Source of the DNA: a virus
Lineage: Duplodnaviria > Caudoviricetes
Virus record (IMG/VR): IMGVR_UViG_3300032254_000012
Span: 1 to 41,640 of that record
Direction: 5' to 3' (one strand)
Length of the DNA: 41,640 bases
Shown here piece by piece: positions 1 to 8,646 of the stretch (positions are counted from its first letter, which is position 1; each line of letters begins with the position of its first letter). The notes under the pieces were generated by a model. The model was not told the DNA's origin. It ran no database searches and saw only the letters and a list, made by a program, of their open reading frames with translations. Both the position numbers and the translations under genes were made by a program.

Positions 1-66
1 CCTTCAATTTGATTATAACTCGGTTGTAGTATACATGAAGTCAAATCTAGCCCCAAAAATCAACTG

Positions 67-167
67 TAAGTTACTGATTTTTAATGCTATTTCATATGCT
101 CTACGTCAATTTAACATAATATACATTGGTTTAAGCAAGAAAAACAACATTATAAATCAATCGGTTA
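67..167. promoter_or_regulatory. Two IHF-like boxes flanking the dif-like site
   Basis: AATCAA-TCGG-TTA at 155-167 matches WATCAANNNNTTR exactly; AATCAG-TAAC-TTA on the minus strand at 67-79 has one mismatch. Confidence 0.5.
109..136 (-). other. dif-like XerCD recombination site
   Basis: Minus strand GCTTAAACCAA-TGTATA-TTATGTTAAAT; XerD arm and spacer equal E. coli dif (GGTGCGCATAA-TGTATA-TTATGTTAAAT); XerC arm diverged. Confidence 0.8.
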
Positions 168-221
168 GGTGTTTTGCTGCACTATATCACTCCTTATATG
201 TAATTATAAGGGGGGTGCAGC

Positions 222-1100
222 ATGCGTAAACTTAAGCAGCGTATATCAATCCCAACCCGCGCTTTATTTGATCAGCGTCTCACCTCTATCGAGCGTGACG
301 TTCTTTTAGCTTTGTGTTTTTTTGAAGATCCAAAATCGCACATATCAGCTCCCCAACGTAAAGATATCGCAAAACTATTTTCAATACATGAGACACGAGT
401 TTCATTAGCCACAAAACGGCTAAATGATTTTGAGTGGATCATAAAAGAAGGTTCCGGCAAAAATATAAAATATTTTATAAATTGGGCTAATGAACCCTCA
501 TCCGTGAGCGAGGGTTCAGAGACTAAACCCTCGTTGGTGGGAGAGGGTTTAACACCTTCAACCCTCGTCTGTGGGAGAGGGTTAGAACACGTCGAACAGG
601 TTGAACACGTCGAACCCTCGTCCGTGGGCGAGGGTAGAGAACATGCAAACCGGTCGAACCCTCGTCCCAGCGATAGGGTTCAGCCTGTTGGAGAAAATCA
701 GGGTACTACTATAAGTAGTAATATTAATAATTATAATAATAATAAATACTTCAGATCTTCTGATATCAGATCAGATCTGATTGTTTATGGTTCAGCAATC
801 AAACTTCTTGTTGACAACGGCATGCCTGAGAATTTTTTGAAGGGTAGGCAGTGGGAGAAGTACAAGGCCATTATTCTCAACGAGTGGTGCAATCAACCAC
901 ACATCAATATCACCATGCTTGAGCAAGCATGTCTCAGAGCAAAAGAAGCTAAAAATAAAACTAACGAATGCATTGGCGTTGGTTATGTAAACAGCTGCTT
1001 AAAAACAATTATTAACGAGGTCAAAAAAAATGAAACAGAAAAATTCAGTACGCAAGAGTATTCAGATATCGATTGGCCTGCAAAGAACGACGCAGCGTAG
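222..1100 (+). CDS. Phage replication initiator (N-terminal HTH, lambda O-like organisation)
   Basis: N-terminal winged-HTH-like segment, internal iterons and AT-rich tract, directly upstream of a DnaC-like ATPase. Confidence 0.8.
   Translation: MRKLKQRISIPTRALFDQRLTSIERDVLLALCFFEDPKSHISAPQRKDIAKLFSIHETRVSLATKRLNDFEWIIKEGSGKNIKYFINWANEPSSVSEGSETKPSLVGEGLTPSTLVCGRGLEHVEQVEHVEPSSVGEGREHANRSNPRPSDRVQPVGENQGTTISSNINNYNNNKYFRSSDIRSDLIVYGSAIKLLVDNGMPENFLKGRQWEKYKAIILNEWCNQPHINITMLEQACLRAKEAKNKTNECIGVGYVNSCLKTIINEVKKNETEKFSTQEYSDIDWPAKNDAA
491..782. repeat. Replication origin: five palindromic iterons plus AT-rich region
   Basis: AACCCTC-N10-GAGGGTT type units at 491-518, 524-551, 560-583, 613-636, 656-681; AT-rich run ~710-750; TCAGAT/ATCTGA cluster ~751-782. 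Confidence 0.85.
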
Positions 1101-1851
1101 ATGCGTTGCTCATGGAGAATATCAAGCAACAGTTATGCATGCAGGCTCAAAAAAATCCGAGTCTGAATGTCCGCGATGTTTTGCTGCAAAAATAGAACAG
1201 GAGGCATTAGAACACTCACGTAAGATTTCAGACTTCAATAAAAAACATAAAGATAAATCTTTAGTTGAGATGCTAGGTTACTCCGGCATACCGAAAAAGT
1301 TTATGAAGCATGGGTTTCAAACATTTAATTGTAACGATACTGAGTCACTTAAGCTGTTCGATGTTTGCAAGGGTTATGCTGATAACTTTGGTGAGAACTT
1401 AAACAATGGTCGAGGGCTGTTGATGATTGGATCGCCAGGCAGAGGTAAGACACATCTTGCATCTGCAATTTGTAAGACAGTTATTCGTAATGGTTTCTCT
1501 GCTTTGTTTGTTTCAACACTGGGAGTTATTCAGATCGTAAAGGAAACATACCGACCAAATTCAGAGATGAGTGAGCGTGATGCAATCATCCGTTTTGCTA
1601 AACCTGATTTGCTGGTGCTTGATGAGGTGGGTGTTCAGCATAAAACAAAAACAGAGCAGGTGATCATTACCGAGATTATTAATCGTCGATATGAAAATGA
1701 GAAGGCAACAATCATGCTATCGAATTTACAAGTTGATGGAGCAGGTGATTCATTAATGAATGTGCTTGGTGAACGAGTGATTGATCGACTACGTGAAACG
1801 AATGATTTGCTTGTATTCCAAGGGAAATCATACAGAGGACGCGCGGCATGA
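1030..1851 (+). CDS. DnaC/IstB-like helicase loader ATPase
   Basis: Walker A GSPGRGKT, Walker B LLVLDEVG, IINRRYE and GERVIDRL motifs, N-terminal CxxH...CxxC; exact start uncertain. Confidence 0.92.
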   Translation: MKQKNSVRKSIQISIGLQRTTQRRCVAHGEYQATVMHAGSKKSESECPRCFAAKIEQEALEHSRKISDFNKKHKDKSLVEMLGYSGIPKKFMKHGFQTFNCNDTESLKLFDVCKGYADNFGENLNNGRGLLMIGSPGRGKTHLASAICKTVIRNGFSALFVSTLGVIQIVKETYRPNSEMSERDAIIRFAKPDLLVLDEVGVQHKTKTEQVIITEIINRRYENEKATIMLSNLQVDGAGDSLMNVLGERVIDRLRETNDLLVFQGKSYRGRAA

Positions 1852-2263
1852 TTGTTTATTTCTATAACGAGTTACCGCAAACGTTGTTATATATATTACT
1901 TAATAACTTAAGTAACTGTTGCTACTACTTAGCCCGTCACGTGTTGTGTTTAATTAATGTCTTCGTGGCGGATAAAACAAACCGGAACGGAACTGGTATG
2001 GCTGCTGCATCGTTAATGTTGGTGCGGTTGGTTCTGTATGTGTTGGGGTGGGTAGTGAACACAGCACCTACCCCCCTTCAAAGCTCAGTGCTCATTAGCC
2101 AATGCCTGTACCTGTTAGCCTCTAAAATTTGGACTAGGTTTTATATTTTTATTACCAGGGGGGCGCGGGGGGATTTTTGCGTTTTTTATAAATTTGTTTT
2201 TTCTGTCTGCGCGGAATTGTTACTTAGCGAATATTCCAAACATCAAACGAGAGGGATGCCCGC

Positions 2264-3331
2264 ATGGACGCACGCTTAGAAAAGGACAAATTGGTTACAC
2301 AGATACGGTCGGCAAATGATCGTGTCTCACAGACGCTCTCAGCGACCGAACAAAAAAACTTAAGTGTTGAATGGGTACAGGCGTTGTATGAGTGGACAAG
2401 TTATATCCGCATGGTTAGAAACTTGTCGGTTAATACTGCAGCAAATTATGTGCGATGGGTGGCTGACTGGATGGAACATATAAAAAATAACAATCTTGAA
2501 CTTGATCAGGCTACATCTAATCACGTTATTAGTTGGCAGCGCGATTTGGCTATGGTTAAAAAACTTGCGGCCAACACGCGTGGTATGGCACTCACATCGG
2601 TGCGATTGTTTTATGGGTGGCGTGAGCTGAATGGGTCGATGGGAAATCCTGCGCAAACGGTTAAGGGTCCTAAGCGCAGCAAGCGACAGCCTAGACGATT
2701 TTCGGATGAGCAATTATCAAAATTATTTCAGGCTCAAGATATTACAAAACCAATCGGGATACGTGACCGGGCAATGTTGCTGTTTTTTTATTCAACGGGC
2801 GCAAGACGGGAAGAGTTGGCAGGGTTAAATCTTCACCAACTGGTTTTAAAAACAAATACAGGCGCTGTTCGTTTTGTCGGCAAAGGTAACAAAGAGCGCA
2901 CTTTAAGCTTTGAAGGTCCGGTTGTTCAGGCGATGTATGACTGGCTTACTGTTCGTGACAGCGTAAGCGTTATTGATCATGACGCGGTGTTTGTAGGTTT
3001 GGCTTCCAGGGGAAAAGGACGCCGCTTATCTGTTACTGGTGTTGGCGTAATGATGAACCGAAATTGCAAATTGGCAAAAATAAAAAAACATCCTGATGAT
3101 CCTTTTGGGGTTCATCGGTTGCGTTCTTCCTTTGCAACTGACTTATACGACGCAGGGAAAGATGTGCGCGCAATTCAATTGTTGCTTGGTCATGATGATA
3201 TTAATACAACGATGAATTATATCGCTATATCGAACCGACAAATGCAAGAACGTATGCCAGCGTCAAGAGTAAACGAACTATTGGGAAATAAATCAGAGGT
3301 ACCGCAATATGTCCAAAACAAAATTGGTTGA
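2264..3331 (+). CDS. Tyrosine recombinase, XerC/D-like (no. 1)
   Basis: RDRAMLLFFYSTGARREEL, GKGNKER, HRLRSSFAT, LLGHDDINTTMNY: full R-K-H-R-H-Y set; SAM-like N-terminus. Confidence 0.95.
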   Translation: MDARLEKDKLVTQIRSANDRVSQTLSATEQKNLSVEWVQALYEWTSYIRMVRNLSVNTAANYVRWVADWMEHIKNNNLELDQATSNHVISWQRDLAMVKKLAANTRGMALTSVRLFYGWRELNGSMGNPAQTVKGPKRSKRQPRRFSDEQLSKLFQAQDITKPIGIRDRAMLLFFYSTGARREELAGLNLHQLVLKTNTGAVRFVGKGNKERTLSFEGPVVQAMYDWLTVRDSVSVIDHDAVFVGLASRGKGRRLSVTGVGVMMNRNCKLAKIKKHPDDPFGVHRLRSSFATDLYDAGKDVRAIQLLLGHDDINTTMNYIAISNRQMQERMPASRVNELLGNKSEVPQYVQNKIG

Positions 3332-3833
3332 TGATGATAAAGAAAACTTGTTGTGTGAGTTTGACCCCGAATTTAATCCGTTGGTTGAAATTGGAAAACG
3401 GATCGGTGCAAAAAATTTAGATGTGGTTATGGAAGTGCTTGGAGGTCAGAAGCCACACATACCGATGCAGCATAATTTTTATGAAAGCTTAGGGCGCGAA
3501 CTTCGCAACGAAGAAATGAGGGATAAATTTACAGGTAACAACTATGGGCAGCTTTCGGTTGAGTTTAATCTAAGTTTGCGGCGAACAAGAATCATCGTTG
3601 ACAAAAAGCGTCGAGAATATAAGCGCGCTCAAGAAAACATGAAGCCGATTAAAGCAAGTGAAAGTGTGTATGGCGAAATACGCGTTTTATCAGAGCGCCA
3701 TCAAATACCTATGCATAAAGTGTTAACTGCGATCTGTGATTTTGTTTTTGAGTTTCATCAAGCAGAATTTTATGAAATTTTATGTGATGAATTTGGTGAA
3801 CAATTACAAATAATGATGGATGAGGCGGCATGA
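3309..3833 (+). CDS. Mor/C-family transcription activator with C-terminal extension
   Basis: LGGQKPHIP...RNEEMRDKFTGNNYGQLSVEFNLSLRRTRIIV resembles the Mu Mor/C pattern. Confidence 0.75.
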   Translation: MSKTKLVDDDKENLLCEFDPEFNPLVEIGKRIGAKNLDVVMEVLGGQKPHIPMQHNFYESLGRELRNEEMRDKFTGNNYGQLSVEFNLSLRRTRIIVDKKRREYKRAQENMKPIKASESVYGEIRVLSERHQIPMHKVLTAICDFVFEFHQAEFYEILCDEFGEQLQIMMDEAA

Positions 3834-4720
3834 TAAATGTTAATAGCTATTTTTCCGGTGCCGGCTTAATGGATATAGGGTTAATGGAAGCAGGGTTGAA
3901 TATACAACAAGCTTACGAACTTGACTCTAACTCATGCAAAACATATCGACATAATTTAGGAAGCCACGTAAAACACTGCGATATAACTAATGAGCTTGTA
4001 TTAGAACAAGACTCATGTGATGTAATGGTGTTCACATATCCTTGCACAAAGTACAGCACGATAGCAAATATTCACGACAATAGAACGGGCGATGAATTAT
4101 TTTTACATTCGTTAAGACATTTGGCAGTAGGAAAACCAGAAGCTTATATTGTTGAGAATGTACCTGGCATGAAAGCCTTCCCCATCGTTATGGAGGCAAT
4201 GACCAAACTGCCTGATTATCACATACAAATATTTTGTCCCGTTAAAACAGAACTCTGGCTACCACAAAGAAGAGATAGATTAATAATCATTGGTACGCGT
4301 AAAAATTTTAACGTCCGCCCTCCAGAAAACACAAAACGAATATCGCTTAAAAACATCCTTGAAAAGAAACCAGATGTAACGTTGCCTAATTATATTAAAA
4401 CGAGAATGAAGGGAGGTTATAGAGATCTCCCGATTATATCTGATCCAAACAACGATGATATAGCACCAACCTGTGTGGCGCATTATGCAAAAGATAAAAG
4501 CACTCGTCTTGTTAAGGATAACGATTTTCCTATGGGTGTGCGTCCTTATTCGGTGCGCGAATATGCCAGATTACAAGGCGTACCAGATTGGTTTAACTTT
4601 CCGGTGTCTGATTCCGCTGCGTATAAGCAGATAGGTAACGGTGTTTCGATTCCTGTGGGGCGATGGGCTGGCACTGAATTAAAAAGATATTTTAGTAAAC
4701 AAAGTAAAGAGGCGGCGTAG
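3830..4720 (+). CDS. DNA (cytosine-5) methyltransferase
   Basis: Motifs FSGAG, YPC, ENVPG, PQRRDR, REYARLQG, KQIGNGV. Confidence 0.93.
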   Translation: MINVNSYFSGAGLMDIGLMEAGLNIQQAYELDSNSCKTYRHNLGSHVKHCDITNELVLEQDSCDVMVFTYPCTKYSTIANIHDNRTGDELFLHSLRHLAVGKPEAYIVENVPGMKAFPIVMEAMTKLPDYHIQIFCPVKTELWLPQRRDRLIIIGTRKNFNVRPPENTKRISLKNILEKKPDVTLPNYIKTRMKGGYRDLPIISDPNNDDIAPTCVAHYAKDKSTRLVKDNDFPMGVRPYSVREYARLQGVPDWFNFPVSDSAAYKQIGNGVSIPVGRWAGTELKRYFSKQSKEAA

Positions 4721-4722
4721 CT

Positions 4723-4914
4723 ATGTGGAAAGTATTAGAGCAAGAGCAGCCGGAACATGAAAATATTGTTTTGGTTGCTGTATCTGGCGCGGTTGGTTTT
4801 GTTCGAGATTTAGCCTGGTGCGATCTTGAAAGCATGGAGTGGGAAAACTTAAAAGGCGAAAAGGTTAATGTGATTTTATGGCACGACTCTGTTTTGCCTG
4901 AGTTACCGGAATAA
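4723..4914 (+). CDS. Small phage protein (DUF551-like)
   Basis: W...P...VLV...V.xW..LPE pattern; coupled to the upstream gene. Confidence 0.5.
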   Translation: MWKVLEQEQPEHENIVLVAVSGAVGFVRDLAWCDLESMEWENLKGEKVNVILWHDSVLPELPE

Positions 4915-4931
4915 AAAATTGGAGAATCAAA

Positions 4932-5174
4932 ATGAATAAAGCGTTTATGATTTTTTCTGGTTGTCCTTCTGATGGTTGTTTGCTCGTTTTTGCGGAAAAC
5001 AGAAACAAAGCAAAATCATTATCTGTTGGAAGCAATTGGGATTGGGAATATCAAGATATGAATTCGCGCAGAGAGCCAGAATACGATAAGTACGCAACCA
5101 AGCCTATGAGAATAGAGGATAATTCTGAACTACCAGAGGGTGCACCACCTTTTTTTAGTGATATTGAATTATAA
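4932..5174 (+). CDS. Hypothetical phage protein
   Basis: GGAG RBS, 80-aa ORF in operon. Confidence 0.7.
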   Translation: MNKAFMIFSGCPSDGCLLVFAENRNKAKSLSVGSNWDWEYQDMNSRREPEYDKYATKPMRIEDNSELPEGAPPFFSDIEL

Positions 5175-5201
5175 CCCTGTTAGGTGACTTAATTGTGGCG
5201 T

Positions 5202-5217
5202 GAACGGTAACGGACGA
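5202..5217 (+). promoter_or_regulatory. Late-promoter motif copy 1
   Basis: GAACGGTAACGGACGA upstream of the terminase block; recurs at 11941 and 27809. Confidence 0.7.
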
Positions 5218-5249
5218 TTAAACGATAGACAAGCAACAGTATTGGTGTA

Positions 5250-6032
5250 ATGAAGCGAAGTAAACCAAAGAAAATATTATCTCCATCTCAGCTTGAGCAG
5301 AGGCGCAATGCTGGGCGTAAGAAAAAGACGATGACCGATGCAGCTATTCAGCAGCGAAACAATGCGTCTGAATTAAGTACGGGGCCAACTACTGAAGAGG
5401 GTAAAGCGGTTTCTAGTCGTAATGCCTGGACTACCGGCGAACATTCTTATGTTGCTAAAAATAAAATGTGGAGTGAGTTGGGTTTAGGTTTTGTTCGTCC
5501 GTGTAAAACCACGTGCCCTAAGTACCCGTGTTCTTTGGTTGATGATGGCCACACTAAAGCGGGCGGCGATTGTGCTGATAAACAAGTTTATGTTGAGGCG
5601 TTTGATTCGATTATGAATACCTTGCATAGCGGTGAAGTTACTAACATGCACGGGGTGATGGCTTCGCAGATTGCAAGCGCGGTTAACTTGCTTCAACAGC
5701 TGTATGATGGCATTAATAGTGCGGGTGTGATGGTTGGTATACCGCTCATTAACAAGTCGGGTGAGGTTGTTAAGGATAGTGAGGGCAATCCTTACATGTC
5801 TTATAAACGTAACCCGCTGTTAAATGATATTCCGAAAATGATGCATGAGCTGGGTATTAATTTACCTGAGTTAATGGCAACACCTAAAGCGGTTGCGCAA
5901 AAAGACACTGATGATGATGCAAACAATGCTATTACTGAGTTGTTTGGTCGTATTGGTCGCGCTAGTAACGGGAGCGGGCCGGTTAAACGTAGAACGATTG
6001 ATGTAACACCAGATGATAAGAGGGTTGATTGA
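5250..6032 (+). CDS. Probable terminase small subunit
   Basis: Basic N-terminus, STGPTTEEGKAVSSRNA motif, KRNPLL; first gene of the packaging block. Confidence 0.6.
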   Translation: MKRSKPKKILSPSQLEQRRNAGRKKKTMTDAAIQQRNNASELSTGPTTEEGKAVSSRNAWTTGEHSYVAKNKMWSELGLGFVRPCKTTCPKYPCSLVDDGHTKAGGDCADKQVYVEAFDSIMNTLHSGEVTNMHGVMASQIASAVNLLQQLYDGINSAGVMVGIPLINKSGEVVKDSEGNPYMSYKRNPLLNDIPKMMHELGINLPELMATPKAVAQKDTDDDANNAITELFGRIGRASNGSGPVKRRTIDVTPDDKRVD

Positions 6033-6319
6033 TGAATAATAATGTATCAGTTGATGAGGTGGTTGATTTTTTGAATGAGCTTGTTGAAATTGATAAAGAT
6101 GCAATAGCTCGTTTGATTGCCACCAGAGTTTCATGTAATGAAAGTTTAGCCGACCACCCAACTGTTCAGGTTATGGTGAAAGACAATAGGTTTAAAGTTG
6201 GGTTGTTAGGTATCATAAATGGTTTGTTTGGTGTTGATGAAAAAGGGTTTGGAGCAATAGCTTTTGAGTATAGTGATGACGGTGATTTAATTAGGTCTCT
6301 TAAAACTAATCATGCCTAA
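6029..6319 (+). CDS. Hypothetical phage protein
   Basis: 96-aa ORF overlapping both neighbours. Confidence 0.7.
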   Translation: MMNNNVSVDEVVDFLNELVEIDKDAIARLIATRVSCNESLADHPTVQVMVKDNRFKVGLLGIINGLFGVDEKGFGAIAFEYSDDGDLIRSLKTNHA

Positions 6320-8189
6320 AATTCTAACCCCTGAACAAAAAATCATTAAAGATCGTTGCGTCGTTGACGTTGACGATTTTGAATGGTGGCTTGAGCAAAA
6401 GGGTTGGAGTTGGCAGGGGTTGGCTGATGGTGCTTATGGCATTAGTGTTGCTGAAGCTGAGTTGCTTTATGTTTGGGAAGATCCTGTTTTGTGGTGTAGT
6501 ACATATTTAGATGAACCCGACAGCCCTGGTTCGCCTTATTCATTTTTTGATTATCAAGTGCCGAGTATTCGAGCATGGCATCAAGAGTCTGTGCATTGCG
6601 ATGGTGCTGAGGTTGGCAAGACGCGAGAAATTATTGCGCTCACTTTATGGGGTATGATTTCCGGTTTTGGGTTTAGTAAACGCTTGCCAAGCATGTTAAT
6701 CGGTGCACCACAACAAACGCACTTAGATGAAATTATTATGGCGATTGAAGAAGTGGTTGGTGTTGCTGATGGCTTGCCGGGTCAAAAATCAATTTTAAAT
6801 CAGTTTTGGCTAAAGCCTAAAAAACATCCTCATTACATGATGCGTTTTTTAAACACAAACCCCTACACCGGCAAGCAGGGCGTTGGGCGCGTTTACTTTA
6901 GGCCAGCGGGACATGATGGCGTTGCTTTTCGTGGTGTTCACGTTAGCTCAATGCAGCTTATGGATGAAGCGGCAAAAATGCAAAGTGAACTATGCTGGAC
7001 TGAATTTTTCCGCGCGGCAAAACCCGGCTGCATTTTTAAAAGCTACTCTGTGCCAGATGGCCGAAGAGACAGCTTGTTTTATATGCAAACACAAAAAGCC
7101 ATTCCTAATCTTGATCCCGATAAAAAAGGGGCGCGGTTGTTTAACTGGTCTAAAGAACTTATGCCGCCGCCATTTTGGGATAAAGATCGTGAGCGTGATT
7201 TAGCAGAAAAATACGGCGGCAAAGATTCGTCTGGTTACACTCGCAACGTTTTAGGTTTGCATGGCGATCCACAAGATACGGTTTGGCCAACATCTACCTT
7301 AATGCCTAACGTGCGTAATGTGCTTGAGTATCGTGCGTTAAAACTTGTGTGTGATGAGAACACTGGCAACTTACATGTTGAAGGTTATCGCATTGAGCTA
7401 TCAACAACAAAAGACAATAAAAAAATTGGCGATAAAATTTATATTGCAGAACGCTCGCAAGACTTAGACGATTTTACCGATGTCCATGATCGTGATGCTG
7501 TGCGTATGTGTGTGCGTGATTTGTTGCGCGAGTTTTTTAATCCAGTTGAGGGGGTTGTTGAATTATGGGGCGGTTGTGATTTGGGGATAGGCGACCCAAC
7601 TGAGATATTTGTTTATGATCGTAAAGGTTTAGAAATGAAACACATTGCACGCCTGCACATTAAGGGAGCAGGCTACGAGCTGTTACAAGAATTTATATAT
7701 TGTCTAGATGAATTGTTTGAATGGAAAATTAAAAGCTGGGGAGTTGATCTTGGTAGCGCGGGTGTTTCTGTTGTTGGCAACATGCACTCGCAAGATATTT
7801 ATAACGAAGGTGAATATTATGATCGCATGCAGGGCTTTACTTTTGGCGAAGTCACCGACGCAATAGATGAAGACGGTAACTTAATCGAAAAAGAAAACCG
7901 CAAAAAAGAAATGGAAGCGGTACGCATGCCGTTCAAACAATTAGCAACAGAGTTATGGACAAAGCGATATCAAAAACATGAAGCGGCGATCCCTTATGAT
8001 GCCGAAGTGGTGCAGCACTATATGAACCACACCGCAACAAGTTCAAAAACAACCGATCGATTAATTTATGACAAGAAAAACGATCACACCATAGATGCAA
8101 AACGTTGCGCCATGTTAGCGAAGGTGTTTTATGAAGGTGGCGCGGCGGATGTGTTTAGTAGCGGTGTTCATTTGAGGAGTGCGGCGTGA
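6312..8189 (+). CDS. terL: Terminase large subunit
   Basis: Walker A-like GAEVGKT, Walker B LMDEA, nuclease-domain GCDLG and DHTIDA; upstream of portal. Confidence 0.85.
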   Translation: MPKILTPEQKIIKDRCVVDVDDFEWWLEQKGWSWQGLADGAYGISVAEAELLYVWEDPVLWCSTYLDEPDSPGSPYSFFDYQVPSIRAWHQESVHCDGAEVGKTREIIALTLWGMISGFGFSKRLPSMLIGAPQQTHLDEIIMAIEEVVGVADGLPGQKSILNQFWLKPKKHPHYMMRFLNTNPYTGKQGVGRVYFRPAGHDGVAFRGVHVSSMQLMDEAAKMQSELCWTEFFRAAKPGCIFKSYSVPDGRRDSLFYMQTQKAIPNLDPDKKGARLFNWSKELMPPPFWDKDRERDLAEKYGGKDSSGYTRNVLGLHGDPQDTVWPTSTLMPNVRNVLEYRALKLVCDENTGNLHVEGYRIELSTTKDNKKIGDKIYIAERSQDLDDFTDVHDRDAVRMCVRDLLREFFNPVEGVVELWGGCDLGIGDPTEIFVYDRKGLEMKHIARLHIKGAGYELLQEFIYCLDELFEWKIKSWGVDLGSAGVSVVGNMHSQDIYNEGEYYDRMQGFTFGEVTDAIDEDGNLIEKENRKKEMEAVRMPFKQLATELWTKRYQKHEAAIPYDAEVVQHYMNHTATSSKTTDRLIYDKKNDHTIDAKRCAMLAKVFYEGGAADVFSSGVHLRSAA

Positions 8190-8371
8190 AGGATTTAAAA
8201 GCGTTTTTGTTGAAGTTGCCACCTAAGCGATGGATGGTCTGGTCTGAAAATATTCTGCTTTTAGCTGCTGTTTGGTTTGTTGTTAAAGGCGAAAACATTG
8301 AGGCTTTATTAATTTTTATTATTGTTGAGGTTCGTTATTTAACATGGGTAATTAAGGCTAAAGAAAAATAA
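8186..8371 (+). CDS. Small membrane protein
   Basis: Two hydrophobic stretches; overlaps terL stop. Confidence 0.55.
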   Translation: MKDLKAFLLKLPPKRWMVWSENILLLAAVWFVVKGENIEALLIFIIVEVRYLTWVIKAKEK

Positions 8372-8646
8372 TGAGAATTAACAGCGACGATCATGATGGT
8401 TTTATGTATGTAGTTTGGGATTGTGATGTGTGTCGTTTTTTACAGAATGTAAGGTGGGCTGATGATGAATTAAACGAATATTCTGTTATTGCTGGTTTTG
8501 GTGATAATAAAATACATTATAAAACGATTAAAGCAAATATATTAATTATTCCAGAAGCAAAGCTGATTTACATAAACCCAAAAGAAAACAAAGAACAATT
8601 AATGATGGATTTAACAAATTTAGTTATCGAGAGGATAAACCAATGA
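8371..8646 (+). CDS. Hypothetical protein
   Basis: Translationally coupled on both sides. Confidence 0.6.
   Translation: MRINSDDHDGFMYVVWDCDVCRFLQNVRWADDELNEYSVIAGFGDNKIHYKTIKANILIIPEAKLIYINPKENKEQLMMDLTNLVIERINQ

Noticed and set aside
35-229. 64-aa ORF
   Set aside because: No RBS; runs across the dif-like and IHF-like sites.
491-681. Mini-CRISPR in the initiator gene
   Set aside because: Gaps between units are only ~5-30 nt, units lie in a coding frame, no cas genes; fits iterons.
1848-2279. 143-aa ORF between the DnaC-like gene and recombinase 1
   Set aside because: Low-complexity L/V/C/Y composition with no recognisable motif; region looks regulatory. The ATGA overlap means it cannot be fully excluded.
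2264-3331. Calling either tyrosine recombinase an integron integrase
   Set aside because: Neither shows the IntI-specific insertion before the HxxR box, and neither is adjacent to the array.
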